NCBI GenBank assembly: GCA_030141605.1
Contig: JAQGDQ010000615.1
Coordinates: 62,001 to 126,000 of the forward strand
Direction of reading: 5' to 3'
DNA length: 64,000 nt
Origin: Tubiluchus corallicola
Lineage: Eukaryota; Animalia; Priapulida
In this document: positions 39,501-53,177 of the stretch, in pieces
Layout of the letters: the number at the start of each line of letters is the position of its first letter
Position numbering within the stretch: position 1 is the first letter of the stretch
Program-made: the position numbers and the translations under genes
The notes under the pieces: generated by a model
The model's input: only the letters and a program-made list of their open reading frames with translations
Databases searched by the model: none
What the model was told of the DNA's origin: nothing

Positions 39501-40439
39501 CTCTAAGATGAGATATTGATATTGGAACACTAACCCGTGCAGCACACAATATTATCACCATACGGTCACGATCTTGTGAGGATCTTGACAAAAAATATAC
39601 TCAGAAAAATTATGTAGTCACCATGTTGGCTCAATATAGATTTTTTGTCCCTTATTATTTGTACAACATTGGATCAATATTATCATCCAATATTGAAAAC
39701 ACATGGTTTACATATTATTGTTAAAAAATTCGGGTACAATGTTGTGGAATGTCCAGTGTCCACATTTCCATAGGCATACTGTTTCAATATGTGCAAAAAT
39801 ATTGTCACAACATTGGTACAATATTGTCGTGCTGCATGCCTGAGAAGATGGTGTATATTGTTGATTAGATGTTAGTAATATTATTTTTGAGATGTGTGAC
39901 TTCACGTGATTGTATGTATCATCATTTTCTTCTTCAGTAAACTTCCTCCATAAAGTTACTCCAGTTTTTGAAACATTGTGAAACTGTAATTCTATACATC
40001 CGACATCATGTGCCATAAACAATTGCATCCAGAGGACTCACAAGAAACACTCAAACAATTATTCTCCCAACTAGATTTCTCCCAACTGCAAATCGGATAG
40101 AGTTTTTAGGCCAGTTCTCCAATTACACACCTCAAGACTTTAAGATGTGCAAGACGTGTAAAGCTTTCGTGCTAAATATAGATGATCTGATGGATTTTCT
40201 ATTGTTTCAGCAATACTTTCCTGCAATAAATGGTTCCGTATTATTTGTTATTCAATGTTTTTGTACTTGATCTCTAGCAAAAGGCTTTACACATACGTAT
40301 CATCAGTACAGGGACACATTTGTCTCCTGCTGCAAATAACTCTTTATATGTGTATGCTTTTGAGTACTGTATTTGCTAATCTGAAATTTTTTATTGGAGA
40401 CAGCTGCTAGTAGGACAAGCAATGCAAAATTTATGTAAG

Positions 40440-41030
40440 GCTGCAACATCTCTATTCATAGTTTTGTTGTTTCCTCAGTGTCCACACTATCTGATGGATG
40501 ATCAAACATAGGCACTAAAGAGCAATGTCCGGTGTGAGACACAATTAGGCAGAGTGAATGTATTTTAAAGTTTTCCTTTATTCTCCTTTTTGCAGCTTTA
40601 TCTCTAGTCCTCTTCCTATCCATGTGTTCATTACCATCTGCAGCATTGCCTGGAGTTTTCTTAGCACTTTTATGTCGTCTGACTTTATCATTTCTTGGAA
40701 ATCTCTTTTTTGATTTGGTACAGTTTTATTAACCACATGACAATCAAACAGATGTTCAGTAGTACATTCTTCCTTTTTGTATAATGGACACTTCAAATCT
40801 TCTTTAAATGGGCTCTTCTAATTATTCTTTAGTAGTGACATATTTTATTTAATTTCTAGCACTGCTTTTACTTTCCCTGGTGTCAAGTATGACATTATTA
40901 TGTATTGTTTTGCTTTGTCCTGTTCATAACCATATCTACTCCACAACATTTTTTTTATTACTTTCCTTATGTTTTCTTTAACTTATTTCTTCCATAGTGA
41001 TTTTTTACTTGCATTAAATAATCACTTTGT
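40440..41030 (-). mobile_element. Decayed 3' end of a non-LTR retrotransposon ORF2
   Basis: ORF 40578-40796 has a CPLxxxExxTTEHLFDC zinc-knuckle-like motif typical of LINE ORF2 C-termini; boundaries approximate. Confidence 0.45.
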
Positions 41031-41139
41031 TACACTAGTTTATATTTTTGCAAATCGGCACCGTTGGGTGCCCGTAGAGAAGACCCGTTGTGCACAAACG
41101 GCAGCTGCTGTGTAGTCTACCGTACTTTTTGACCGCCCT

Positions 41140-41210
41140 CTTGCGAACACGTTTAGAGCATGCGCAATTAGGCCTTTTGATTCGCTGTGGAAATTTTGTC
41201 ACGTGTGAGT
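41140..41210 (+). promoter_or_regulatory. Putative eIF5A promoter and non-coding first exon
   Basis: CpG-richer patch with NRF1-like gcatgcgca, pyrimidine run cctttt at about 41173 and donor gtgagt at 41205; the first coding exon has an acceptor at 42974-42975 so an upstream exon is needed. Confidence 0.4.
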
Positions 41211-42461
41211 AAATTATTTCTGTAATTTCAATTATTAGCTTTAATATAATGTAATTATTGTTTTAAACTATACCGCAATGTATTTATTAATGTGTTTACT
41301 CTACTGTTCTATTGGAATTTTTGGTTATAGATAAAATTAAATAAAAATTTTGGCTTATAAATTTACCATGGTTGTACGTACAATGACACCGGTGTAGGTC
41401 GTGACGTTAGATAAGGCCTAGTCAATGTCAAAATGGAAGTGCTTTTTAGACTGCTTTGCCAAAGTTCCTTATTAATCTTTCGTGTACTGTTTAAGCATCA
41501 GCAGCGAGTCCTGGTTTTTGTACAGAATGAAACGTTTCACAACATTTGTTGTTTATCTGTTAAATGGGCTGGTGATTAGGTGATTTAATTTTCGGGTTCC
41601 ACTGTAAGAAAGTTAAATGTTCGATACAGGAAAATACATAAACTCACCCCATTTAGTCACATGAATTTGTAACACATCCAACAGTTGATCACAACTTGAT
41701 TCGCTAACTTTAATTTTATGAAAAAGGTAAACAGTGTGCAATTTTATATCACGGCGCAAAACAATTTTATGCGTAAAATGCTACCAGGAAAATGTTGTTT
41801 TTCTTAAGAATGACAATGTAATTTTATAACACGGTGCAAAATAATCTTATGCACAAAATGATACCAGGAAAACGCCGTTTTTTTAAGAATGACTTACATT
41901 GAACAATTATTATGGCAGAAGCTTAATTTCACTTTTGCACGATTAGTTTGTCACCGCTTTAGGTATTTTCCTATTCCTAGTTGCAAGGACAACAATGCCT
42001 GCATTGCAGAAACATGTTCCACGAATAATAGGTGCTGTACTGGATCATAAGAACACATTTCACTTGTGACTTGTCACATTTATCTTCCTTATATTTACTT
42101 AAATATAAAAGAACGGACTTCATATACCAAAGAAGGTGTTTCATTTTTGTGTCTGTGCTCTTTACATATAGTGGGTAATAAATGAAAAGCGAAATTGCTT
42201 GAAATAAAGCACAGAACCAGTAAAAAATCCACACCACTGGCTGATATGCTAGACAATAAATCAGTAACCAGCACCCCATAGAGAAATTTTTTACAAGTTT
42301 GGTAGCTTGTGTTGATGCAGAGCAAAGATTCTTGAACTGATGAATTATAAAAGAGTTGATGAGGTAACATTTTGTGGGAGTTTTTGTTATTTCTTGGTGA
42401 AGCTGAGAATTTTTAGCTTTCAAAATCGTGTCACAAGGTATACAAATTTCCTCTTCATTAA

Positions 42462-42916
42462 CCCTTTCAATCCCAAATAATTTTTTTATTAATAAAAAAA
42501 ATTTCGGCTTGGTACTTTTGTTCAGCATGTCCATCTTGTTTACACATAATAATTTTTTCTACCTGTGTCGGCGTGCTAAATATAGCCTGTATCACACGGG
42601 ATACATTGGGATTCAATTGAAGCATAAATGCGCTTCATTTTGCAACTGCTGATGATTTTTTAAAGTATTTAAGACATTTAGTATGCTTGCTATGCTGAAC
42701 TGTACAAAATTATCTCTAAAGTACTGTACCTTGCACAGTTTTTTAAGCCATGTAGATTTTTTAGTTTGCCATTTTATCGCCATTTTTAGTCTGTTGTTAT
42801 TGGCTTAAATCAAAATAACTATTAACAGATCAAATAACTGTCAGTTTTAAGATTTTGTTAATTTTAAACGCAGAAAATATTCTCGTATCCTGTGGGATAC
42901 AATGGGTATGAAAGGG
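42462..42916. mobile_element. piggyBac-like MITE, copy 2 (inverted relative to copy 1)
   Basis: TTAA-CCCTTTCA...TGAAAGGG-TTAA; internal sequence matches 11254-11703. Confidence 0.88.
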
Positions 42917-43008
42917 TTAATACTCACCTTGAACGAGGGAGTCATTGAATTTTTATCATTGACTGTTATTTGCAGTTGTACTACTGCTGTGCACCAAAGT
43001 CTCATAAA

Positions 43009-46000
43009 ATGGCGGATGCAGTCGATGACACACATTTTGAGACTGGCGATTCTGGTGCATCCCAGACGTTTCCGCAGCAGTGTTCCGCTCTGCGCAAGAA
43101 TGGTTTCGTGCTCCTGAAGGGACGTGCCTGTAAAATTGTGGAGATGTCAACTTCAAAGACAGGCAAGCACGGTCACGCTAAGGTAATAACTGTTTTTGTT
43201 GAGCTACCAGCCTAGGCTTGAATTATTTTACGGCAGTTTTTATAAGAGCTTTGTTACCCAAGTACATACACTATATATCGAAAAGGCAATCATTTATTTC
43301 CTGATGGCAACATTTAATGCTTGTTCTGTGTTCTAGCGATATGTTCTAGATGTTTCAGCATTAAATGTTGCCTTCTGGAAATAAATTATTGCCTTTTCGT
43401 TATGTCCTAGATGTTGCAGCATTAAATGTTGCCTTCTGGAAATAAATTATTGCTTTTTCGTTATGTCCTAGATGTTTCAGCATTAAATGTGCCTTCTGGA
43501 AATAAATTATTGCCTTTTCGATATGTCCTAGATGTTTCAGCATTAAATGTGCCTTCTGGAAATAAATTATTGCCTTTTCGTTATGTCCTAGATGTTTCAG
43601 CATTAAATGTGCCTTCTGGAAATAAATTATTGCCTTTTCGATATGTCCTAGATGTTTCAGCATTAAATGTGCCTTCTGGAAATAAATTATTGCCTTTTCA
43701 ATATATAGCATATTTTAATAGCAGATCTATATATAGTTCATATTTTTAACTTGAATTCTTAAGCTGGTGCAGCTTTCTTGTGGCCTCCCAGTACGCGATC
43801 AAACCTGGTTTTGAGTTGTATGTTTGTTTTTATTTGAGCCAGCCTGTGCATCCACCAATTTATTTGAATACTTGCTACTAGCCTTTTTTATACAGGGCCG
43901 ACTCAATTTCAGTGGTTTTGCTAAGACCGACACCAGGCTCGTTATTAATGTTATGCCTCTAAGATGAGTCATTGAACCAGCAGAGGTGTCTCAACTGTCA
44001 GCCACAATCCAAAATGAATATGTACTCACTCGTGAGGTAAACAGCCAGAATCAGTATGGCGATTGAAACTTCTCTGAGCGAGTAGTATCGAACGGTTTTA
44101 ACCCATCCATTCACTGACCGGCCATTCTTAACTTCGGTCGCTAATCGCGATCTTGTGAGCATTGGCCATGTACCTCGTCAGGAGTTTGATAAATTTGAAT
44201 TATGGTGGGAAATTTGTTTTCCTGCCAGAATCATTTTCTGTTGGCATTTGGTGGATTATGTGTGTGTATTATTTATATATATAATATCTATATATATATA
44301 TATATATAATATAGTATAGTATAATATAATGTAATATAATATATATATATATATATATGTATGTATATATACCAGCTGTTCAATTGACATTTGCTGATAT
44401 ATCAAAAATTTTTAGTTTTGAAACCAGGTTTTTATGCATTTTTGTGGTTCATCTTTGAATATTTTCGCTTTGCATTTTTTCTAAGCAACATGTTTAGTAT
44501 AAATTTACCTAGTATAGTCAAACGTCTTTATGCCACCCACTTTGGGACGGGAAAAAAGTTGGTATTATAGCAAGTTTGGTGTTATAATGAGGTATGTTAG
44601 ATTTTGACATTGACGAATCACAAAACAGTCAGTCGAGTGTACACAGGTTAGAGTCCTCAATTTTCACTCTGAATTTTAATGAATTAAAAGAAAGTTATTA
44701 AATTAATCATTTGTGAATTAATGAGTCACTCGCAATCAATCATCTTTATCAAGAACATGTTGTTTACATAAACGTGTCTTGTACTGAACTATATAATCTG
44801 TAAGCTGTAGGCCTACTGCTCCACTAAGCATGTACTGCATATGTAGAAAGAGTTAAGTCATAACTACAAATTTCTTGCTAGAATTTGCTTGGACGATTCT
44901 TAGAAAACAAGCAATTACCGTGTTTCTTGTTGCGAAAAAAAACAACATGTTTTCTTGTCAGTTGCCATTATGACTTCGTGGCGCATTGACAATGATGTCA
45001 GAGCTATTAATCCTTTACTATTGTGAATGTACGATGTACAGTGCAGATTGAAAACAATCGTAGCTCGATGACTTGTATTATTTTAAACGGCACATGACGT
45101 CTGGTCAGTGTCTGCGACGTAGTGTTGAGTGTGGCAGCCTCGTACAGCTGGCATAATGTGAAGGTGATTGGTGCGGCTGTATTTCCCTATTGAACATCTC
45201 TTATATTAATTTCGCTGGTATCTTAATATATATATTTATATATAAGATTCGAGGCTACAGCTCCGTCCAGGGCACCATTTGCGGCGATCTATACATCAAA
45301 AGAAAGGTCTCGATCTAGTGTCGTGCCATTGATGGTTTATTTTTCGAATTGGGCCCACCGGAATGAAGGGGGGGGGCGAAAACCCCCCAAAAATGGCCAT
45401 TTTTCGGCCGTTTTTTGCAAAACGTGGTACTGGGTATGGATATATATTAATTTGCCAGGTGGATGGCGGGTAACGAAAGCCAGTATAATGGTTTATTTTT
45501 ATATTCATTTGAATACAGGCGTTTTGTTCCTAGCCGTTTTGCAGGTAGTTAACGAGTTTGGCGGTGTTACGATTTTTTGACCGTCTTACAAAAATGTCTC
45601 TTTCCAGGTGCATTTGGTGGGAATTGATCTTTTCACCTCTAGAAAATATGAAGATATTTGCCCTTCGACCCACAACATGGAGGTTCCCAACGTGTCACGC
45701 AAGGATTTTCAGGTATTCTTAGTATATTGACACACTTTCCAATCTCGGCTTTTGCCTGTCGACTTTGCCGTTCAGCAAGAGTTACTGTCACTGTCATATC
45801 ATCTTACTGTTGCTTATATAAAAGTACTGGTCATGCTTAGTAATTCTACCCAAACTTGGTAATTTTTACCAGTTGGCAGCTAATCATACTGTTCATTTAT
45901 CGTTCGTACATGTTTGGTTTATCACTAATGATTGTATAAAATTAAGGCATCTGCTAAATGTCGATGTGCCAGCCTTCCCGATTTCCCCCTTTTTAACCTT

Positions 46001-47479
46001 TAACCAATATTGTGTCGGAAACTTCCAATTTTTTAGCACAATGCCACTTTCCTTACTCCTAAGTGTTGGATTATTAGACTAACAACGCTGGAGCTTTATA
46101 TTCTTAAAATGTCTGCTACCTTTTTAGGTATAGACATCCAGCTATTTCTTGCTCTGCTCAAATACTTTATTTTGATTTTTAATTAAAGAGTCATAAAGGT
46201 AGAAGACTGTGTCAGGGTTCCCGCTAACGGGTTTTAGAATTTTACTTTTAATTTTTGTGCGTTTGTCTTTGTTAAATAGTTGGTTGATATCGATTCGGAT
46301 GGGTTTATGAGTCTGATGGACGACAGTGGTGAGACACGCGAAGACCTGAAACTTCCCGATTCTGACCTCGGCAAGGAAATCAAAGACCGTTTTGATAATG
46401 ACGAACATTTGCTGGTACGTTTTTGTGTCAATGAGAATCTCCAAATTGTGCCTTAAGATATTGTGAGAAATTGTATATTTTTGCGAGAATCATGGGCGAC
46501 GCAAGGAACCATTGCAAAAATATAATTATTGAAATAAGTTAAGTAATTAAGGGCGTGGTTGCTAAGCAAATGTTTAGATTTCTTCTGGTCTTTTATGACA
46601 CAAACAGTGGATTAATGTTCAAAGAATGCTCGGTCAAGCAGAATTAATGTAATTCAGTTCGGTAAGCAAGGAATGGTTTCATGCATTTATAGCTATTAAT
46701 TGCTCGTTTTCTCTTTGGTTTGTTAAGACGAGGCAAGTAATGCAGTTTCTCAGGAGATAAACTGTTTCTCAGACTGTTAAAACTGACACTAAAACAATTG
46801 TTTCAAATTTAGCCAACTGGTGTTTCTCCCCCTAAGTAGAGAGACTTGTTTTTATTAGCCTGACTATTGCATAATGTTTTGACCGTCGTGATGACCGATC
46901 TTATTTTCAAATCATGTTGCAGTTTCGCGTTTTGCAATCTTGTCGAATTTTGTGCTACGGTTGGCAGTTGCGTAGTCAAATGTTGATTTTCTTTGTGGTT
47001 TTCAGGGATGAGAATTTTCCGTGGATATGCGGAATTCCGAATTTTTGGAAGACCAGTAGTGCCATTTTTGTTAATCGCGTAAATTCGTCGCGAAAATTTT
47101 TACGGACCCAGTACATTGTTTCACAAGCTGACCGCTAGTTGGCAGGCCGTCACTTTGTTTACATCACATACATCAGTGTAACCATGTGTATATCTCTATG
47201 TGTAAAAATATAGAATCAATTGTGCGGAGTTATTTGAGTCAAGTGCAGACAGTTTTTATATATAAAATATAGGCTTCACCCCCTTGAACCCCCATGGGGG
47301 GGCGTACGCAGCCCCCAAACCTCCGGCCTGTTTCACAGTTTTTTGCAATTTGTCATTCTCATCTCTGTGTTTTCGGAGTGATTTGAGATTGTGTTGTTTC
47401 TCTTTTCTAGATTACTGTCCTGAAAGCAATGAGAGAGGAGTGCGCCATTGCTGTTAAAGCTTTGAGTGAGAAGAAATAA
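43009..47479 (+). CDS. EIF5A: Eukaryotic translation factor 5A, 160 aa, 4 coding exons
   Basis: Exons 43009-43182, 45608-45712, 46280-46414, 47411-47479; hypusine motif [39 protein letters not shown]. Confidence 0.97.
43340..43702. repeat. 60-bp minisatellite, about 6 copies
   Basis: Unit tatgtcctagatgtttcagcattaaatgtgccttctggaaataaattattgccttttcg(a/t). Confidence 0.95.
43945..44175 (-). mobile_element. Old SINE with degenerate 5S-like head, different body from the 18058 family
   Basis: Minus strand accgaagttaag...ggccggtcagt...tggatgggt...accg resembles 5S boxes A/C; body motif tgagacacctctgctg.ttca.tg..tcatcttagag also occurs at 37483-37520. Confidence 0.5.
44515..44600 (+). mobile_element. 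Tc1/pogo (Tigger-like) terminal fragment
   Basis: TA-tagtcaaacgtctttatgccacccactttgggac resembles pogo-type ends; no matching right TIR found. Confidence 0.35.
47003..47367. mobile_element. hAT-like MITE just upstream of eIF5A last exon
   Basis: TIR cagggatgagaat / attctcatctctg; TSD degenerate (tggtttt versus tgtttt). Confidence 0.6.
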
Positions 47480-50400
47480 GTTAAGCGGTACTAGCTAAGT
47501 TTTGTCAGCGTTGGGTGAGACTATAAAGTATGTAGAAAAACGATTCGTTTTTAGCTTACCTGTTTTGTCACCTATAATCATGCATCTGTTTGTTGTACAA
47601 TGTTATAATTTGCACCATAAGGTCACAAAAACATGGCGTCAACTGTGAATAATGTCGGATCTTTATATTTCATATGGTTATGTTGAACTGTTAGTATGTT
47701 GCTGTCATTTACAAGAATAGCCAGTATTCATAAACTCCTTTGCACTTGAACCACTTGAAAACTGTTCTGTTGTTTCTGCTTGCTTTATTGTTGTTTATTA
47801 TTTCACGTTATTATTTATCGTGTGTGCCGGGTGTAGCTCCGCACTTACTAAGAAACTATTTATCTAAATTTGTTTTGTATATTTATATTATATAGCAATG
47901 TGATATTCACTTTGTTAATGAAATAAATATCAACTCTAGCTGACTGTTTCCAAATTTTGAAAATGCGGCATAGGTACCTGCTGTATGCGTATGTAACGTT
48001 TTCGTCTTATCTACCCATTGAAAGGTTTTTCTTCAAAAATGATTGTAAAATGAGTCATTTCATCGGATTTGTATTTTCCACTGTCGTCAGTACCAACTAA
48101 AATTGTATTTAATTTTTTGTCTTTGTCGTAGTTGTTGTTGGTAATTACTCTCATCCAATGTTGACATATCGACTGTTATGTTCTGGAGTAATAACACCCC
48201 CATGTGTGTGTTATTACGTTTAGTGTGTGCTGAAGCAGTATTCGGCGCTGTGCCTGATTATATGACGATGTGGTGCAATTAAAGACATTATGAAATGATT
48301 TAGACTATTGTGGGGATTGGGGAGGGGGTGAGTTAAATGCTGTTTTAAGAGTTGAATGTGTGCTGCTTTTCCTGATTGAAATTGATGAAACGTTTTTATT
48401 AAGTATTTTGTAAAAACAATTGGAGACTACTAGTTTTAATCTGTGAACCTGCGGCTGCTCTGGGACAATTAATAATGACTAAAAATCAAGTTTGCCACTT
48501 TTCAACAATTTACCACACATTCGAGTTTGCTACTTTTGCTGATATGTTGAGGTTCTCGTTTCCTGGCTGTAGTAGGTTCTAGCATGGTCGTGAAGCATTG
48601 GGTTCACTTATATTAGCGCAGGATAGCTTCTTTAGTGTCCATATTCTTCATTCCTCAATCTTTTTACATTTGCACGCAGAAACTCTAGACATCTTCTATT
48701 CTTTTCTCAGTATTTGGCGCAGGTAAATTGTTGACCGTGTCTACAGGGTGTTTATGCATCGTTTATACTGCCCAGGAGCGGGACCAACTCGTTCTATAAA
48801 GTCCAGTTTCAGTTTCAAAGCGGAATTTTTATCCGAGCCCCAAAAAAATCGGTTTCACATAAGCCCTTAAGGGAATTTTGTACTGGAGTCACAAGGACTT
48901 GAACTCCTACATGCGTTGCATTCCGTCTTGAAACTTGGCGGACATTTTGGAACTTCTATTCAAATTCAGTAACCTTTATCATAGCAACAACATTTTATTC
49001 TCGCCAGATACCTGTGCATAGCATGTTCACACTGGAGATGGTTTACTTATAGTGGGATTGTGTATTTTCTGTGATATGCAGTGTTTAATTTATACACATC
49101 TTACCTTGCATCCATACAAACATCTGAAAAATGCTTTTCTATAAAAATGTAACTGAAATTGTTCAATTAAATCATTGTTTTTGTAATTAAATGCGTTTTT
49201 CCTTAAATTTTGTTTGAGACGCTAGACATCGCTGCTTAGCCAAACGAAATTGTATGTTTGTGAAGACCTTTATAGTTTAACGTGGAGTTTTTTATATAAA
49301 AAGGGTAAATGTTCAACATACTACGCTACATAATTTCGTAGTAAATGGGCAGTCAATTTGTTGCAAAGGCCTGTTCATTGGCTAACATAATTTTGTCATG
49401 ATTGGGTTGTATGTCTTTTAAGTAATGGAGTAACTTACAGCTCTTTTTTGTGCTCTGTAGTAACTTTTCCTTTTACAGCTAGATTGTGTGTCTGTGGGCT
49501 TGGTAGCTATGCAACTTCCTTTTGGATAATGGAGGACCTTATTCATTGTTGTATTGCGGTCATAGAAAAATTTAGTTCCTGAAACTTGGGATGTTTGTTG
49601 CATAATGCTTTTGTATCCGTGTTGCAAAGTCTGGGAGTATTCCGACAGTCTTTGTTAAATGTCGATTAGTGTTAACCAGCCTTTAGCACTCGTATTACTT
49701 TTTGTTTTCTCCTGCTGGTAAAGATGAGTTAGGATTAACCAGGCTTTATTAAATTGTGAAGCTTAAGATAATTTGCTGCGGCGAAAGAGCATATCAAACA
49801 CGCTGGTCATGAGTGTGTCGGTAAAATCAACGTTTGGGATTGTTAAGTCTTCCAGTGCGTGTTAATTATACTGAAATTGTTAGAGACAGTTCCTATTCCC
49901 ACTGATGCATGCACTCTTCACCAGGTTTGTCAGCAGCAAATATAGTTTTTTGTGTACAATATTTTGTTTTTGGAACACAAATTCTCATTTGGTGCATTAT
50001 TTATCTGTTTATGTTAATGGTTAAGGATATAAATTTGTACATATAGGTACATACCTTGTAAGGACGATACTAGTATTTACTTAATTTAACAACAAATGCT
50101 TGTTGGATTGACACGTATAATAAATTTGTCATTGATTTTTGAAGTAATGGTGGAAAAGACAAATGTACGATGCCTAGTACTTGTTGATTGTTTGAACTGC
50201 CACTAGTGGAATGAGTTCCTGCTAATGCTTCTTTTGTTGCCTTGTTATGTTTACAATGAATGTGTTTGATCAAGTGGCAGTGGATTTTATCAGAACAGAA
50301 GTGCCATCTAGTATGTAATTCTGCAACTATTACAAAAAGGCATTGTGACTATTCTGATAAGTAGCCTGAAAGGAATAGTTATTATGATGGATGGGTTGTA

Positions 50401-53177
50401 AAATTATTCTGAAAAAAAACATGACCAAACATGCTACACGAAGATTACATGTCTTTTTTTGAACAGTAGCTGCTGTTGTCTTATCATTCATTAAATCCAG
50501 TGGCAGTCTACTATTTACTTAACATCATTTTTCAGGTTGTATGAAAATAAATTTTTTTAGGAAGACATGTAATTGTAATTATGCTAGGGTATAACAAAAT
50601 GGCCTCACTTCTAGTTCGTAGTAATTTCACCCGATTTTATTTATGCGTACCATTATAAACTAATACTAGGGCGGGACAGGTTTGGATGTAATAATAATTA
50701 TTGTAAACTAAACATTGTTATTGCATATAAGTATTGATCATAATTTTGCTGAAAGTTGCTGTATGTTGTTTCTTGTTTTAATGTATAATATGTTTGTGAA
50801 AATGATATTTTTTCATTGTATGTACATGAAGAGGCTTTAGTCCTTTGTCCGGACAATGTCTTATATTCTTTTGAAAGGCACTAAGACACGCCGCATGCTG
50901 ATAGTGTGATTCCAGAGCTCATTAAACACATTGTAAGCGGATTTGCTACCCGAATGATCGGTTTCATCTTGGTTTATTCTATCACTGCTAATACTTTCTA
51001 GATGTTTTTGATTTTGGAAGCTCCCGTTTGTTTTCTGGAAAGAGTTGCAAAACATGGAGTGTGTTTCGGCTTTCATTTGTAAAATGTAGTCGTTCTTGTT
51101 TGCGTGCATATTAGTTGTCATTTTATTATTCATTGTGCTTATATGAATTTACTTGTAATAAGTCCGGGCCAACTTTCTTTGTTTTGCTAGTGTGATGCTA
51201 ATGATCACACTACTGTTAATGTTTCAATTGTAACTGTATGTACGTCGATATTGGTGTTGCTCTCTGCAAATTTACATAAATTAATATTCTCAGTTTCAGC
51301 TTATATGCTTAAATATGTGTAATTACTTTCAAAATGTTATGCTCCCAAAACATTTCCTGTTGACTGGGTTATCTGGATTTTGAATTTCTCATTTTTGGGA
51401 ACAACACGAATGTTGACTTTTATGAGACAAATAAAACATTTGTGACACATCTACCGGTATCATTTAGTTTCTGTAGTACATGCTTATTTTCATACATATG
51501 TTTATGCGCTATTATGCTTTGTGTTTTATTTTTGAATTACTTACTAAAACATGTTATTGTCTATTGGAGAAGGTCTTTGTTTTGTTGCAATTGTGTTACC
51601 ATGACTTTTTTTGTTTGCAAGACTTTGTTAGCTGAAATATATTTTGTAGCCATATTTTGAAATGTTTCCGTTCAGTGATCCTGTAACCGAGTATACTACA
51701 AGGGGTTTTTTCTTTAATTTGATCATTTTTGTTGACTTTTCTGGCATTTGTTTGGTGGCAATTTTATTTTGCGTTTGCAACGTGTTTATTTTGCTTGAGT
51801 AGAAAGGGCTCTGCGTATTAAATCAGTGGGTGCTGATTTGTGCTCGCAAACGGTGCACTGAGTTGAACTGTAGACATAGTTTTGCATTGTTTGACCTCAT
51901 GAACATTGAAGTACATGTATTAATAAACATGTCAATTGGACAAAGTTACTTTTGCAAATCTCTTATTTGGCTTTTGATATGTTTCGTGTTCTTTGCTATG
52001 ATGCTGCAAAAATGAAAACTTTCTCAGTTTGTACTGCAGATGAACAAAGTCATCTACAACTGTTACTGTGCTGTAAATATATGTCTAAAACAGAAAAAAA
52101 TTCTTTAGAACAGCAGTATTACATTTGTGACATTTCTTCAAATATAGTGCACTGCCATGTCTTGTGTTAATTCTAAGTTGAAGTTGTCTGTAGTCTGTTC
52201 TACGTAAGGCTATTTATACCATGTAGGATGTTCCAAGTTCAGATGAAAAACAATTTTCTCTCACAGTTCCTGTTTGTATTTTATATTACGAGTAAGAAAA
52301 AATTGTTCTTCGTCTGAGCTTAGTCGATTTTATGTTGTACTGTATATACATACTTTTGTCGTGGACGTTATAGATTTTATATAGGGCAGACCACAAGGCA
52401 CACGATAACTTTCATTTACAACCAAAGAGCAGTTGAGACTTTATAGTGCATTATTTGTACAGCACTGTCACAATTGTAATGTAAAAAATTTAAAAATTAA
52501 ACACTAAGACATCGGTTTAAATAATGGAGAAATTATATTATTTTCCTTTGTGAATACACCGACACAGTCACATACGATCATCAAAGAAAAATGTTTTTGA
52601 TTATGCAAAGGTAGTGATATGGAAATTTGCACAAAAATGTATAACACAGAAAATAATACTGTTCACATAGACTAGTGCTGACATCTATTTTACAAAACTA
52701 CACACAATCCAATGTTTATTAAAAGCAAGAAGACTACACAGTATCACATTTACACGTCGAATTATGCACATCAAGTTTAACACTGCCATTGTATATAATT
52801 CTAAAAATACCAAAAAATGTCCGAATTTTATACATGAGTGGAAGATCTAATGACAATAATTTGTTTGACTAGGCTTTAAAATGACAAATATAAAAAAGTA
52901 AAAAACAGCTATTGTATATCACATAAAACAGACACCAGTGAGAAGTTCACGTCACACTCGTACTAAAAGAAATTTACTTAATTAAAATGTACATCTGCAA
53001 ACACATCTAAGCACTATTACATGATCTCTAGTAGAAATAGACACAGCTTTGATACGCACATCGGTAACTAATTAACAATATCCATCAAACATATTATCAG
53101 ATTACAGTTTTTCTCGTGATTTTTTTTGCTAGTAAAATTCACTTCAAATTGGCACGTTAATAATATGCTGTTACTAG

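Noticed and set aside
41977-42652. 185-aa and neighbouring ORFs
   Set aside because: Partly within a MITE, no motif, and antisense within the eIF5A upstream intron.
46885-46990. Intronic C/D snoRNA candidates (GTGATGA at about 46888; also 32140-32160 minus)
   Set aside because: No properly spaced D box and terminal stem found.
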